Part shown: positions 63,065 to 64,000 of the stretch, one piece after another
Layout of the letters: the number at the start of each line of letters is the position of its first letter
How positions within the stretch are numbered: the stretch's first letter is position 1
Assembly: GCA_963758915.1 (NCBI GenBank)
Contig: CAVWXH010000005.1
Span: 1 to 64,000, forward strand
Source of the DNA: an uncultured Methanomicrobiales archaeon
GTDB lineage: Archaea > Halobacteriota > Methanomicrobia > Methanomicrobiales > Methanospirillaceae
Length of the DNA stretch: 64,000 bases
Direction: 5' to 3'
Translations under genes and position numbers: made by a program
Notes under the pieces: generated by a model
Told to the model about the DNA's origin: nothing
Database searches by the model: none
Seen by the model: only the letters and a program-made list of their open reading frames with translations

Positions 63065-63952
63065 TTAGTATTTCTCCGGAATCCGGCGGAATGGATAGTC
63101 CGGTTCGACGTAGTCGCCCTTCGGCTGGCGCTTGGGAAGTTTCACCTTCTCACGAGGGACTTCCTTGTAGGGGATCAGGCTTAACAGGTGGGCGATGCAG
63201 TTCAGTCGCCCGCGCCGCTGGTCGTGAGAATCCACAACATACCAGGGCGATTCAGGGGTATCAGTGGCAGCAAACATATCGTCGCGGGCCCGCGAGTAGT
63301 CGTACCAGCGGCGATGGCTCTCGAGGTCCATCGGGCTGAGCTTCCAGATCTTGCGGTAGTCATTGATACGTTCCTCGAAGCGTTCGGTCTGGTCTTCCAT
63401 GGTCTCTTCCAGCCAGTACTTCACCAGGATAATCCCGGATCCAATGATCGCCTGTTCGACCGGGGGCACCCAGTTCAGGAACTTTTCCACCTCTGCCTCC
63501 GGGGTAAATCCCATTACCCGCTCAACACCCGCCCGGTTGTACCAGCTGCGGTCGAAGAGTACCACTTCGCCGGCGGCCGGCAGGTGCGGAATGTAGCGCT
63601 GGATGTACATCTGGGACTTCTCCCGCTCTGTGGGTGACGGCAGGGCCACCAGCCGGAAGACTCGCGGGCTCGTGCGTTCGGTGATGCGTTTGATGACGCC
63701 GCCCTTGCCGGCTGCATCGCGGCCTTCGAAGAGCACGCAGACCTTGGCGCCGCTGACCTTCACCCATTCCTGCATCTTGACGAGCTCGATCTGGAGCTTC
63801 TCCAGCTCCTTTTCGAATTCCCTGCGACTCATCTTTGCCTGGGGTTCCACCGCGGCCTCAGTTGTCTGGCTGTCAGGTGCAGCCGGGATGCCGTCCCGCG
63901 GCCCGGCCTTTGCCTGGTGCTTCACTTTCTTCTTGTCTTTCTGCTTCGCCAT
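63065..63952 (-). CDS. ppk2: Polyphosphate kinase 2
   Basis: FEGRDAAGKGG, PTERE, FDRSWYNRAGVERVMGF, WKLSPMD. Confidence 0.95.
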   Translation of the reverse strand: MAKQKDKKKVKHQAKAGPRDGIPAAPDSQTTEAAVEPQAKMSRREFEKELEKLQIELVKMQEWVKVSGAKVCVLFEGRDAAGKGGVIKRITERTSPRVFRLVALPSPTEREKSQMYIQRYIPHLPAAGEVVLFDRSWYNRAGVERVMGFTPEAEVEKFLNWVPPVEQAIIGSGIILVKYWLEETMEDQTERFEERINDYRKIWKLSPMDLESHRRWYDYSRARDDMFAATDTPESPWYVVDSHDQRRGRLNCIAHLLSLIPYKEVPREKVKLPKRQPKGDYVEPDYPFRRIPEKY

Positions 63953-64000
63953 AGTTACTTCTCCATGATCTTATAGTCTTAATAAATTCTGCCTTAACGA

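Noticed and set aside
60343-63968. Long plus-strand ORFs 60657-61745 and 61993-63339
   Set aside because: Antisense shadows of the ATPase and ppk2 genes.
1-64000. CRISPR array, DGR/retron, rRNA
   Set aside because: No regularly spaced repeats, no reverse transcriptase motifs, no adenine-specific TR/VR pair among the duplicates, and no rRNA-like sequence.

Overview
The window has two unrelated parts. Bases 1 to ~6820 look bacterial and GC-rich: a ~2,070-aa multi-glycosyltransferase/TPR gene broken by about 5 indels and missing its 5' end, joined abruptly to a ~350-bp fixL/fixJ scrap. This is most likely an assembly chimera. From ~6820 to 64000 the DNA looks like a Methanomicrobiales archaeon (Methanoregula-like, inferred from TATA/BRE promoters, the PAS-kinase style and lipoprotein leaders). 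That part contains four blocks. (a) A 6.8-kb cargo block bounded by diverged direct repeats. (b) An integrated element with a tyrosine integrase, an AEP primase-helicase fusion and a chain of coupled small ORFs. (c) PAS histidine kinases, one lacking the phospho-His and one with about 12 PAS domains. (d) A ~33-kb island of bacterial-type membrane genes of mostly unknown function: 5 DUF308/HdeD, DUF2254, 3 DUF1269/DUF6325, SHOCT, SulP, a ClC fragment, BASS, MFS, DUF1254/1214, rhodanese, PPK2 and a P-type ATPase. The best candidate for an undescribed system is this island. Its P-type ATPase is catalytically intact but has lost all the canonical acidic ion-binding residues (PEGL became PTGL), and it is co-transcribed with PPK2. 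Paralogs and fragments of island genes recur next to the integrated element. The many single-base frameshifts probably reflect long-read error. No rRNA, tRNA or CRISPR array was seen. All family calls come from motif recognition by eye, not database searches.
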